Shown here: piece after piece, positions 26,175-35,836 of the stretch
How the letters are laid out: each line of letters starts with the position of its first letter
Position numbering within the stretch: the first letter of the stretch is position 1
Virus record (IMG/VR): IMGVR_UViG_3300042291_001013
Origin: a virus
Taxonomy: Duplodnaviria > Caudoviricetes
Direction: 5' to 3' (one strand)
Length of the DNA stretch: 64,000 nucleotides
Notes under the pieces: generated by a model
Database searches by the model: none
Told to the model about the DNA's origin: nothing
What the model saw: only the letters and a program-made list of their open reading frames with translations
Translations under genes and position numbers: made by a program

Positions 26175-27167
26175 ATGTTAAAATCAACGGATATTCGCCG
26201 TGTACATATAGAATTGACCACTCGTTGCAATGCACGTTGTCCCATGTGTATGCGCAACTATCGAGGCAGTGACTACAATTCTGGTTATCCTGACACAGAA
26301 TTAAGTCTGGACCATATTCAAAAGATATTTCAGCCTGCCTTTTTGGCCCAATTAGAACGAGTTAATTTTAATGGCAATCTAGGTGATTTTGCCCTGGCCC
26401 GTGACGCCAGAGAAATAGTGCAATTCTTTTTGGCTGCAGGGGTGCAAGTAGACATCAATACCAATGGTAGTTTGCGATCTGAATCATGGTGGGCTAGTCT
26501 AGCACAGCCTGGAGTGTCAGTGGGCTGGGCCATTGACGGCTTGGCAGATACACATGCCCTGTACAGACAAGACACAGACTGGCTCAAGGTCACTGCCAAT
26601 GCTCGAGCCTTTATTGAGGCCGGGGGTCGTGCCACCTGGCGCTTTATTCCGTTTGAACACAATCAACATCAGCAAGCAGAATGTGAACAACTCAGTCGTG
26701 ACTGGGGCTTTTGGCGCTTTGAAAACATCTGGGACGGACGTGATCGCGGACCTGTGTACACACGTGGGGGAGACTTTAGTCACGATATTGGCAAGCCCTA
26801 TGAGTCAACTCCCACTAGAGTAGAGCCGCTACGTGAAAGTCACATCACCTGGTACAATGCACAAACTGTGCAACACGAACGTGACAGTGACAAATTAAAT
26901 CTTTTCTGTGTACACAAAAAGAATCAAGAAATATATCTAGCCGCAGATGGCACAGTGTATCCCTGTTGCTATTTGGGGTTCTATCCTGATTCCATGCATC
27001 ATCCCGGCAATGTCGAACTGCGTGAGCTAGTGACAGAAAATAACGCATTGGACTACCCACTGGAGCATTGCTTGAACTGGTTTGACTCAGTAGAATCAAG
27101 CTGGGATCAACCCTCCATTGCTCAAGGACGCACCTATCAGTGTGTGGCCAGTTGTAACAGACCATGA
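26175..27167 (+). CDS. Radical SAM/SPASM-twitch protein
   Basis: CNARCPMC, FNGNLGD, INTNG, DGTVYPCCYLG, C-terminal C..SC. Confidence 0.9.
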   Translation: MLKSTDIRRVHIELTTRCNARCPMCMRNYRGSDYNSGYPDTELSLDHIQKIFQPAFLAQLERVNFNGNLGDFALARDAREIVQFFLAAGVQVDINTNGSLRSESWWASLAQPGVSVGWAIDGLADTHALYRQDTDWLKVTANARAFIEAGGRATWRFIPFEHNQHQQAECEQLSRDWGFWRFENIWDGRDRGPVYTRGGDFSHDIGKPYESTPTRVEPLRESHITWYNAQTVQHERDSDKLNLFCVHKKNQEIYLAADGTVYPCCYLGFYPDSMHHPGNVELRELVTENNALDYPLEHCLNWFDSVESSWDQPSIAQGRTYQCVASCNRP

Positions 27168-28039
27168 CCACACGAATTCTTTTTTTAGCACGTTATAGAA
27201 TACCGCATGCTTGCTTTAGCCTGCAATGGGATCACAACCTAGTGGATGTTGATCGCACCATTATTGCCAGCCCTGTGCCACAGGCAGAAATATGGCAGGC
27301 ATTTCACGCACACGGCATTGACTGTAGTCAATTTGAGTACATAAATGACGCAGTAATATTTTCTCAGTATCCTGAAGTTGAAAACTGGGTATTTGCCGAT
27401 GACTATCGTGGCTGGTGGTTGCGCCAACAAGCAATCAAATTGGCCTACCTGGATCTAATCAATGCAGACGTCATGCTCATGCACGATCCTGACACGTTTC
27501 AGATACAGCCTTACAGTGCTGTGCAAGCAGACTGTTTGAATCTGCTGGCCATAAAAGACACTGAACAAGGCAGTTACCGCGGAGTATTTGAAGCCATTAC
27601 AGGTATACCACACCCCAGCCCACACTGCTATGTAACAGAATTGTGTGCTGTGCGCGGTGCGGACTTTCAAGCCCTAAAGAGTCATTTACTGAATCGTTGG
27701 CCAGAAAAGAAATGGCTGGATGCCATTATTCAAGCAGTGCCCGGCATGCCCACAGTACCGCCCTGGGGTACAGGCAACATTATCAAATGGTTCTCAGAAT
27801 ATGAACTGCTGGGTAACTGGGCTGTGACACAAGGTTCTGTTGAACATCAGTGGCAGATTCGACACGAGTATGATAGCTTAAATAAGCTAGCAGACTTTAC
27901 TAATGAACACACAGCCGTATGCGATGCTGTGCCAGACTTGAGCTCAAGCATGCGATTAACTGAACAGGGCACAGTAGAGCACTACGCCCAGTACACTGAA
28001 CTAGTCAAGGAAAGACAAAATGAGTTACGAATTATATAA
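27164..28039 (+). CDS. DUF6492-like putative GT-A glycosyltransferase
   Basis: GWWLRQQAIKL, MHDPDTF (DxD), FSEYELLG. Confidence 0.55.
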   Translation: MTTRILFLARYRIPHACFSLQWDHNLVDVDRTIIASPVPQAEIWQAFHAHGIDCSQFEYINDAVIFSQYPEVENWVFADDYRGWWLRQQAIKLAYLDLINADVMLMHDPDTFQIQPYSAVQADCLNLLAIKDTEQGSYRGVFEAITGIPHPSPHCYVTELCAVRGADFQALKSHLLNRWPEKKWLDAIIQAVPGMPTVPPWGTGNIIKWFSEYELLGNWAVTQGSVEHQWQIRHEYDSLNKLADFTNEHTAVCDAVPDLSSSMRLTEQGTVEHYAQYTELVKERQNELRII

Positions 28040-29078
28040 TCCCTGCCATGGCATCGATGTTGCTGAAGACTGGCGTCTTTACAAAAAACGCACATGGCCC
28101 ATACGCATTGCCTGTGTGCAGAGTCTTTGCACTCGTCCTGGACAGCACAGTTATCATGCCGACTACGAGCATCTAGACTGGAGTCAATTTGATCTAGTGT
28201 TAATTAGTGACATTGAAATGAACACTATCGATACCATAGAAACCTGGATCTCTGAAGTGGGCATTGGGCGTTGTTTGATTGCTGTGGGCGGCGTACATGA
28301 TCATGAAACCCTGGATCCTGCACGTCACATCTACAGACCCTGGTGGGCCTATAACTTGATGCGTTGTAACACAGACCCTGTGCCTGACCTGCCACAAAGT
28401 CATGTTTGGGCATTTGATGTGTTGCTGGGCGCACGTAGACCGCATCGTGACTTTGTGATGCAGTACATGACTCAGCACGGGATGCTGGATCGCAATATTG
28501 TGACTTATAGAGACTTTTTTGGCGGTGCTGTAGTAGACGACGTTAGTGAACGTGTGGCCGCGCACTTTGGCCAGCAGTTGACTCATCCTTATGTGAGCCC
28601 GCATCTTGAACAGGCTTGGGAAGTGCCGGGACCGTTCAACAATTCGATATCCAGTCGCATTCCGCACACCATTTACAGTTTAACAAAATGGAGCATTGTG
28701 TCAGAGACTCTGGGCACCGGGGGCTGTTTCTTTATGAGTGAAAAGATGGCCAAGGTGATTGCTACCAACAGAATATTTGTGCATGTGGGCGCACGAAATT
28801 ATCTTGCACAGTTGCGAGACTTGGGATTTCAAACGTTCGGGCACATCATTGATGAAAGTTATGATTCAATCCCAGACGATATTGAACGCTGGTCTGCCGC
28901 AATGGAGCAGGCGCAGTGGTTGCAGGACAAAGACCATGGCAAATATCAGTTGTTGTGTCGCTCACAGCTGGAAAACAACTACAGGACCTTGGCTACCCTA
29001 CCCCTGCGCACTCAGCGACTCATGCTAGACCGGGTATTTGATGCAATTGCATCTGTTGAAACAGCCAATCAGCAATGA
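28020..29078 (+). CDS. Putative glycosyltransferase (GT10-like C-terminal domain)
   Basis: SIVSET...FFMSEK....RIFV.VG....L..LRDLGFQTFGHIIDESYD. Confidence 0.5.
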   Translation: MSYELYNPCHGIDVAEDWRLYKKRTWPIRIACVQSLCTRPGQHSYHADYEHLDWSQFDLVLISDIEMNTIDTIETWISEVGIGRCLIAVGGVHDHETLDPARHIYRPWWAYNLMRCNTDPVPDLPQSHVWAFDVLLGARRPHRDFVMQYMTQHGMLDRNIVTYRDFFGGAVVDDVSERVAAHFGQQLTHPYVSPHLEQAWEVPGPFNNSISSRIPHTIYSLTKWSIVSETLGTGGCFFMSEKMAKVIATNRIFVHVGARNYLAQLRDLGFQTFGHIIDESYDSIPDDIERWSAAMEQAQWLQDKDHGKYQLLCRSQLENNYRTLATLPLRTQRLMLDRVFDAIASVETANQQ

Positions 29079-29841
29079 CTATTTGACTCTGTTCACTGCC
29101 ATGATATCCAGGATCCTCACCTGAAAACGGATGCTGTCCTGTGGCCACTTGCGGTGTGCGCTGTGGATCTAGCTGTATGTAATAATCAGGAATAATAGCA
29201 GGGAAAGCCGTGCGCCATTGTTGAGTGTTGTTGGGATCAAATGGCCACAACAGATTGGGCATTACAATAAATTTAATACCGTCAAGATACATCATTATGA
29301 TGCCTTCTCTAATGATCCATTCATCCTGTTGCTTTTTCCAAGCATTGTCGTAGATACTGTCAATCCAGTGACGCACACCTGTTTGTGCTTGTTTAGTAAT
29401 TCGAGCCATTCTGTAAGGATGGTCAAAGTTTTCTGCCAGGGTAAAGATAGTTTCGCAAATCATGTTTGATGGTTCTCGACCGTAGTTGACATTGCGTATG
29501 CCATCTTCTCTGCGGTACCCGTTGCCTAACGTTCTATTTTGTAAGTGTTGTTCCAGCGGAGGGTTTTCTCCTGCGCTGGGCTTTTGGTTCCAGTCGTAGG
29601 GCGCAGAGTCAGCAGGTATTTCCATTCTGTCCCAGAACGTGGGACTGATCACTGCCAAGTCCGGACGCTGGCGTCGTATTTCATCAATTTGTATGCGTAT
29701 GCCGCCGTTGCTACAACCCTGACGTGCTAGATTAATCAGTTCCCAGTTGCCCAGCTTACGTGCTAGATGTTCACTCCATGACGTGCCGGGGTGCTTTTGT
29801 GCCACTGCTGAGAATGAGCATCCTGCTACCATTAATTTCAT
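29020..29841 (-). CDS. SGNH/GDSL hydrolase-like protein
   Basis: VAGCSFS, INLARQGCSN, C-terminal DPGYH. Confidence 0.65.
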   Translation of the reverse strand: MKLMVAGCSFSAVAQKHPGTSWSEHLARKLGNWELINLARQGCSNGGIRIQIDEIRRQRPDLAVISPTFWDRMEIPADSAPYDWNQKPSAGENPPLEQHLQNRTLGNGYRREDGIRNVNYGREPSNMICETIFTLAENFDHPYRMARITKQAQTGVRHWIDSIYDNAWKKQQDEWIIREGIIMMYLDGIKFIVMPNLLWPFDPNNTQQWRTAFPAIIPDYYIQLDPQRTPQVATGQHPFSGEDPGYHGSEQSQIVIADWLFQQMQLHQIPGLA

Positions 29842-30359
29842 TGTGTTTCCTTGTAACTGTTGCGATGTTCCTGAGCATGAAAGCTCTGTACAATTTCACC
29901 ATGCTGGGGTAATTCGTCTATAGTATATGTACCTGGCGGAATTGTGAATGTCACAGTTCCTTGATCTCTTTTGGCAAATGTCACAAGCCTGGCATGATGC
30001 TGTACGCAACTATGCACAAACACATGATGTATGTGCCCGTAGTCCCCGTGCTCGTCGTGTGACAACACTAGATCGTAACGTTCAGCAATATTGCCAATTT
30101 CCCTACGTGCTTGTTCCGTGTTGAAACTGATTGATTTGTTTTCAATATCTCTGTAGTCATCTGTGTAACCCAAAAAGATGCAGGGAATTGATCTGCGCTG
30201 CCAAAATTCTTTTAATTCTTGTGCTCGCGGTTCCCATTCCGAATAGGTTAGATAACAAATGGCCCAGTCCATTTCAGGATGATTGTGAATATAGCTGTAG
30301 GCAAATATCACACAGTCATCAGGGTGTGCCACCATGCACAGAGCTTTTACAGTTGCCAT
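29838..30359 (-). CDS. PIG-L/LmbE family N-acetyl sugar deacetylase
   Basis: VAHPDD, HDEHGDYGHIHH. Confidence 0.8.
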   Translation of the reverse strand: MATVKALCMVAHPDDCVIFAYSYIHNHPEMDWAICYLTYSEWEPRAQELKEFWQRRSIPCIFLGYTDDYRDIENKSISFNTEQARREIGNIAERYDLVLSHDEHGDYGHIHHVFVHSCVQHHARLVTFAKRDQGTVTFTIPPGTYTIDELPQHGEIVQSFHAQEHRNSYKETQ

Positions 30360-31177
30360 GCTGAAGTCAAGCCTTGATCAATCAAATAATGCTGGTATCT
30401 CATGCGCTGATCAGGGGTCATGTGACTCCAAGCGCCGCGATGTATGCTCACAGTGTGCGGCTTGATGCGTTGCATTTCGTCCAGTCTGGCATCTATTCTG
30501 TTAACTTCACTGTGATCAACGTTGCAGGGAATGATAGCAGGGTCAGCGTACAATGTGTCATAAAGGTTGTGCTGTTGCAGCCAAGCTGAATACAGCACAA
30601 ATTCTGTTAGCATGCCCTGTGCTTGAAACCATTCAGGAAAACTTGCGCCTGTACGCTGTTCACAGTCAGCAATCATGGCTCGCACTGTGGCTGTGTGAAA
30701 GAAGTAAGGTACGCCGCCAGGCCCCAGTTGTTGAGTCACTGTGATATTCCACAGCGCACCAGCAATGTCTGCACTGGGCTGAAACACTGGAAATATTGCC
30801 ATTGTGCCCACCCTGGGACGCCCGTTGTCTGTTACAGCATCAAGTTCAAAGTCACGTACAAGAATGGTCTTGGCGTCCAGTACCATCACATACTGATTGT
30901 AGCTCATGGCCGAGCATAACAATTTAAGTGCTTGTTGGCTAACCCAACCGTTGTTGCTCCAGTCTGTGCTGAATGAGCTACAGGGCACAACCATCACACG
31001 ATCAGCTAGACTGCCCCACCATGTGGCATCTATTTTGCTGACCACATCGTCTGAGTCATTTACCACAACATAGATGTTGCGTGTGCCCAGGTGACTAGCA
31101 TAGCGAGCAATGCTTTCAGCTTGTACTTTTAATGCGGGGAGTTCTTGTTCGAATACCACTGTGCAGATATCAATCAT
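30347..31177 (-). CDS. DUF6492-like putative GT-A glycosyltransferase (paralog of 27164-28039)
   Basis: GWVSQQALKL, VLDAKT, LTEFVLY. Confidence 0.55.
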   Translation of the reverse strand: MIDICTVVFEQELPALKVQAESIARYASHLGTRNIYVVVNDSDDVVSKIDATWWGSLADRVMVVPCSSFSTDWSNNGWVSQQALKLLCSAMSYNQYVMVLDAKTILVRDFELDAVTDNGRPRVGTMAIFPVFQPSADIAGALWNITVTQQLGPGGVPYFFHTATVRAMIADCEQRTGASFPEWFQAQGMLTEFVLYSAWLQQHNLYDTLYADPAIIPCNVDHSEVNRIDARLDEMQRIKPHTVSIHRGAWSHMTPDQRMRYQHYLIDQGLTSAWQL

Positions 31178-31188
31178 GCACTTATGTA

Positions 31189-31413
31189 TCAGGCTATTTG
31201 TACCACGTTGGTAATTACTGAATTCTTTCCGTACTGCGCCATTAGTAATTGGCGGGCCATTGAGGGATTTTTGGCAAAAATGGCCACGTCCATTGAATTG
31301 GCGTAGAGTTCATTTTTGACCTTTACTCTGGCTTGATACACATGAAAGCCGGGCACTGCTGATTCTTGTAGGGCATACTGACTGCCCTGTTGACTGTTGG
31401 GATACTGTTTCAT
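31189..31413 (-). CDS. Hypothetical protein
   Basis: 74 aa, coupled to upstream gene. Confidence 0.6.
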   Translation of the reverse strand: MKQYPNSQQGSQYALQESAVPGFHVYQARVKVKNELYANSMDVAIFAKNPSMARQLLMAQYGKNSVITNVVQIA

Positions 31414-31841
31414 TAATCGGCCTTTTTGCCTTTGTCTTTTTCAGTAATGGGCCCACCAGTGACCCAGGCCTTGCATGACCTTGAGCCTGCACATTTGAAA
31501 TGCAAAAAATTGCAATAGCCAAGATCCGCCAAGTTGATACTGGCGTTGGCATCTACCCCCGACTCATCGCCCTGGATGCCATCAGCCATGCATTTTCGCA
31601 TGCTGTCACTAACATCAAACGCCGCACAGTTACCGCACTGCATGGTACGAGCAGTTGCCACACTGACCTTGAATATCTTTGCGCTCGTGCTCCAGTAGTC
31701 TTCAGCACGTTCAGGATTGGCAGGGCCGTAATGATATTCGTCAATGGCTTTTTGACGATTTTTTAGGTTGAGATCTATGTCATGCGTTGCTGTGGGGCAA
31801 CCATTGGAAATAGCTTCTAGTAGGTTTAGGTAGTTTCTCAT
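31413..31841 (-). CDS. Cys-rich protein with capsid-targeting-like leader
   Basis: MRNYLNLLE-A; CGNCAAF...C...GYC...FKC...SC..W. Confidence 0.7.
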   Translation of the reverse strand: MRNYLNLLEAISNGCPTATHDIDLNLKNRQKAIDEYHYGPANPERAEDYWSTSAKIFKVSVATARTMQCGNCAAFDVSDSMRKCMADGIQGDESGVDANASINLADLGYCNFLHFKCAGSRSCKAWVTGGPITEKDKGKKAD

Positions 31842-33167
31842 TTAGTGGAACATCAAGTAACTGTCAATCACGTCTAGTCGATTGGCCGCACGATCGCCTG
31901 CACCGGGCTGTACAATAACGTTCCATTTAGGCTTGGGGCCTTCAGGAGTGGCCAGCATTTGATCGTATGTGATAATGGTGTCCCTGGGCACTTGATACTG
32001 TTGTGCCAGTCGATCTTTAAATGTGTCCAGAGCTTCGGGTGACGCAAACTGTGTGCGACCCTTGGCGTCTTTGATTAGACTGTTGCCCTTACGTGCAATT
32101 AAATCAAAGAACATGTTCTTGGGCACTGTGACGCCTTGCTTGACTGTGTTGCCTGCTTGACGATGCAACTCAACCTTTTTGACTTCGCGGCTCTTGCTAC
32201 CGGAACTGAAGTTGATTATAAAGTTAGGCGGATGCGAGCCTGTGGCCACATCGCCCATTTTGGTATAAGCATAGAATTTAACGTCAGGATTGGCCTTGGC
32301 CACATCATATGCTAGGTCAAGGTATTCTTTACTAAAGAAGTCTCCTGCATCGTGCCAGCGCACCACAAGCTGAATACCAGCTTTATCTGTTTTGTTTTTG
32401 AGTGCTGTGATTTCTTTGTTTACAGCGGCCATGTAGCCTTCAGGCTCATTTACCAGGAAGTTCAAGGCCTGTGCCGCGCTCATGCTAGACGCCGGGAACA
32501 TTACATAACCGCCTTTACGTGCATAGCAGAACAACTGACATTCGCCTGCGCCCGGGCAGGTCTTTATTTCCACAAAGTCACCCGACTCTTCATCTACTAC
32601 AATACCACTCAGTGCAGGCAGTGTTAGATCATAAATGATTTCACCTTCGGTCTTGCTCTTTTCCATTTTGGCATTGGTGCCTAGAATAGCTCGAGGACGT
32701 GTGGTGATTTGCTTGGCTAGATCATCTAGATCCCACTCAGTGCCGCCATCGTCCTTGGTAATGGCTTTAATGTTTGAGCCGTGTATAATGGGTGCAAACT
32801 TGTCACGCTTGGTCTTGGTGCCTGTTTTGATACGGTCAGCATAGCCTTGCAATTCATCTCGACTCAGTGTTTGTTGTGGTGCATTGAGCTTGATAGCTTC
32901 CGCCACACCTTGCTCGTTTTTAACTACAAAACTTGTGTGCTGAAGACCAGTAAGGGGGTCCGTGTATGTGCGCTTGAACACCTTACCGCCATGCTCACGT
33001 GCATGAGCAAATGCTTCAGACTTGCTGTCAAACCTGTTTGAGGGAGGCTTAATCATGGGAGACGCTTGTTCATCTACTCCGCTTTGATCTACTGTGACAA
33101 CAGTAACAGGGAATCCTCCCAGGGTGCGCGGAGCTTCAGCTTGCTCCACAATGGTTTGTAACTTCAT
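31842..33167 (-). CDS. Modular protein: leader + small module + Gp88-like (radical-SAM-like) domain
   Basis: MKLQTIVE leader; SGVDE and EQGVAE junctions; CPGAGECQLFCYA, RWHDAGDF, FYAYTK. Confidence 0.7.
   Translation of the reverse strand: MKLQTIVEQAEAPRTLGGFPVTVVTVDQSGVDEQASPMIKPPSNRFDSKSEAFAHAREHGGKVFKRTYTDPLTGLQHTSFVVKNEQGVAEAIKLNAPQQTLSRDELQGYADRIKTGTKTKRDKFAPIIHGSNIKAITKDDGGTEWDLDDLAKQITTRPRAILGTNAKMEKSKTEGEIIYDLTLPALSGIVVDEESGDFVEIKTCPGAGECQLFCYARKGGYVMFPASSMSAAQALNFLVNEPEGYMAAVNKEITALKNKTDKAGIQLVVRWHDAGDFFSKEYLDLAYDVAKANPDVKFYAYTKMGDVATGSHPPNFIINFSSGSKSREVKKVELHRQAGNTVKQGVTVPKNMFFDLIARKGNSLIKDAKGRTQFASPEALDTFKDRLAQQYQVPRDTIITYDQMLATPEGPKPKWNVIVQPGAGDRAANRLDVIDSYLMFH
32897..32914 (-). 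repeat. 18-bp dispersed repeat encoding the QGVAE linker (copy 1)
   Basis: Plus-strand cttccgccacaccttgct identical at 57427-57444; 14-bp core also at 57594-57607. Confidence 0.85.
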
Positions 33168-35815
33168 TTTGCTTCTCCAAATATAGGCCCACGCACAAAT
33201 TGGCCCAGTTGATTTAATATACCATTACGCAGGTTTTCAATCATTTCATCTGTGATATCTCTACGGCGTGTTTGCGCAATAAAGATATGCATTTCAATGG
33301 CGTCATCGCCTTCTTTTTCCAGTATAGCATGGCAACGATGACGTCCGTCATGTCCTTTTACTCGGGCTTCTAGACTAAAGTCACCCTGCTCCCAGGATTC
33401 GGGTACAGACACATTCAAAAATGGTGCGCCAATGCCGCGCTCATTGAGTTCGCCTTTGCAAAACGCAATTGCCTTGCGCTCTTCAGGATCATGTGGGTCC
33501 ATGGGCAGGGCCAGCTTTAGAAACATCGACGGGCGCATTTGTACCTGTAGGCCAAAGTAATCAACGTCAGCATTGTAGGGCACAGCACCCACACCTGAAG
33601 AGTTGTTGATACGTACTTCGTCTAGGCTTTCATTTTTTCTTTTGGCTCGGGCACGACCTGATTTCATGTTGGCCAACCAGTGTGCCAGTTGTCCTTTGCG
33701 CCCGCCTGATTTGGCAGTTTTGCGTAAGCTACTTACACTTGCTTTGGTATTGATACCGTGTCGCTTGGCATCGCCCTTGTCTTGTGGATTACGCCCGTCG
33801 GCAAAGTTTTCTGATACACCTTGCTTGTCAGCCCAGAGCAAGCGTCCTTCTTCTTGCGCTATACGATGTATGTTGGTTCCCAATTTGGTGGGCTGTATGT
33901 CATAGTTGTCGAACTGTGCTGAAAGTTTTTGAAGTATTCTTACAGCACCAAGATATTGATCGCCCACAAGATCATCAGGCACAACTACCAGGATATCAGT
34001 GTCGCTGTTTCTACGATGTTTTCCTGTAGCGCGACTACCATGGAACCATATTTCTTGTGCCACAGGCATGACTTTTTGTATGGCATCAACCACTTCTGGC
34101 CGTACAGAACCTGGTCGAGCTTCGTCTACGTTGTATGTGGGATCAGTCTTTTGACGCGGCATGTCTGGGGGCTGATTGGGATCAACAGGGTCAATGTCTG
34201 TTGTAGTAAGCCCAGTGCGTTTCAGCGCCTGTATGTACTGATGTTCAAGATCTTCGTCACCAAAGCTCAGTATGGCGCTGGGAGGTCCGGCACCAAAGTC
34301 ATGCTTGCCTAGGCCTTTCATGTTGGAAATATGTTGTCCCAGCTTGTACCAGTCGTAGACATCGCTTACATCTACCTTGACAGTGCCTGCAGGCATAGTG
34401 GGCGGAGTTTCTGGGCCCAAGGGTGCATTTAAATCCCTATTGTTGTTGGGACCTTTACTGGGCTGGGGCAAGCGGTATTCTACCATGTCAACTCGGCCGT
34501 CAGCACGTAGCATTTGTGGGCGACCTTGTGCATCAGTTTTTAGACTCATGCGGTTGGCATTTAATCCTGTGGCGCCGGGACGTACATCCTGTGTTAGAGC
34601 CATTTCAAATCTGGGATCATTCTTTTCGGCTTCAGTGGGAATATAACCTGAGCTTTCAAACATAGCAGGGTTGCGATCAGCCCAGTCACGCATGATCACA
34701 CCGGCCACAGCATGTGCTTGGTTTTCCCAGTCACTGCCGGTGTCGCCTGCTTCGTCAGGCAACTCACTATCTTGATTTTGTCTACAATGTGCCAGCTCGT
34801 GTGCAGTGGTGCGCAAGATATCCATGACATGGCGGTTAACCAGGCTCACTTCTAGTGTGTGCGTTTCAGGCGTGTAGCGTCCAAAGCTGTGGCTTTGGGA
34901 ACTCCACTCAGGGTCAGTGTGCAGTTCAATCTGTGGTATTTGTGTTATGCCCAAGCGATCTGCCGCATAGTCAATAAAGTCACGCACCACAGCTTCAGTG
35001 TCCCGGGGCTCGTCTTCTAGGAACATCTTGGTTGAAGGATCCACACCGTCTGGACTTTCTGACATGAAGCCGTAGATTACCGGCGCCATTGGGGTGTTCT
35101 TTTCTGCTAGGCTAAGTTCCTTGGCATGTGCGGCATTGCGAGCGTCAATTAACTGTTTGATAGCACCATGTGCTCGCAACATCTTGAACACCAAGTTGTC
35201 GCAGCCAAATTCGCCCTGCTGTTCCAGGCCAGTTTGGCGCATGGTTTTGATTTTTTGTTGTAGACTACGCATACGATCACTATCGTCACTGGCCACAGCA
35301 GATTCTATACGTGCTTTTAGATCTTGATACTTGGCTTGTACACAGCTATCGTCAATGGTGACTTGTCTGCGTCGAGGAACCTGTATCCAGGCATTGCGCA
35401 ACAAACTGTAAATGCCTTGACTGTGATGTTCTTGATCAGAAGGCTGTGCATACAGTTCTACATCAGCGCCGCCAATGCGTATGTTGTGTTGTTCGTTGTA
35501 CTGATATTTTTTAGCATTAAACAGCTCACGATACACTTCGTCATGAACAACATTGGGTATTTCCACCACAATGTGCAGATCAATGTCAGATCCGTCAGTG
35601 TAGTTGTAGGCCGCGTTAGATCCGCTTACCGTGATGTCTTTGACATCAAGATCGGGTACGCCCAAGAATTCTTGAAAGTCTCGGGCCACCTGTAACAGGC
35701 GTTCTTTTACCTGGGGATGCAGATGTTCTGCACTGTCCCATAACCGAGGGTTGAGTCGGTCATGGAATTTTACAGCATCTGCCAGGTTGAATGATTCCAG
35801 TTCAAATATGTTCAT
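33164..35815 (-). CDS. Multidomain polyprotein-like protein: Pol-beta NTase + HExxH zincin + minimal NTase + ParB-like domain
   Basis: GSNAAYNY...SDIDLHIV; TAHELAH; FHGSRA...SDTDILVV; GHDGRHR; junctions end in FLE, FES, NVDE, QGVSE, SLDE. Confidence 0.75.
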   Translation of the reverse strand: MNIFELESFNLADAVKFHDRLNPRLWDSAEHLHPQVKERLLQVARDFQEFLGVPDLDVKDITVSGSNAAYNYTDGSDIDLHIVVEIPNVVHDEVYRELFNAKKYQYNEQHNIRIGGADVELYAQPSDQEHHSQGIYSLLRNAWIQVPRRRQVTIDDSCVQAKYQDLKARIESAVASDDSDRMRSLQQKIKTMRQTGLEQQGEFGCDNLVFKMLRAHGAIKQLIDARNAAHAKELSLAEKNTPMAPVIYGFMSESPDGVDPSTKMFLEDEPRDTEAVVRDFIDYAADRLGITQIPQIELHTDPEWSSQSHSFGRYTPETHTLEVSLVNRHVMDILRTTAHELAHCRQNQDSELPDEAGDTGSDWENQAHAVAGVIMRDWADRNPAMFESSGYIPTEAEKNDPRFEMALTQDVRPGATGLNANRMSLKTDAQGRPQMLRADGRVDMVEYRLPQPSKGPNNNRDLNAPLGPETPPTMPAGTVKVDVSDVYDWYKLGQHISNMKGLGKHDFGAGPPSAILSFGDEDLEHQYIQALKRTGLTTTDIDPVDPNQPPDMPRQKTDPTYNVDEARPGSVRPEVVDAIQKVMPVAQEIWFHGSRATGKHRRNSDTDILVVVPDDLVGDQYLGAVRILQKLSAQFDNYDIQPTKLGTNIHRIAQEEGRLLWADKQGVSENFADGRNPQDKGDAKRHGINTKASVSSLRKTAKSGGRKGQLAHWLANMKSGRARAKRKNESLDEVRINNSSGVGAVPYNADVDYFGLQVQMRPSMFLKLALPMDPHDPEERKAIAFCKGELNERGIGAPFLNVSVPESWEQGDFSLEARVKGHDGRHRCHAILEKEGDDAIEMHIFIAQTRRRDITDEMIENLRNGILNQLGQFVRGPIFGEAK

Positions 35816-35836
35816 TGAACTGTTATTTACCGCAGT

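Noticed and set aside
20875-27167. Either radical SAM gene (20875-21717, 26175-27167) as QueE
   Set aside because: Both carry SPASM/twitch-type C-terminal cysteines and sit in glycan islands far from the que genes; QueE may lie outside the window or be supplied by the host.
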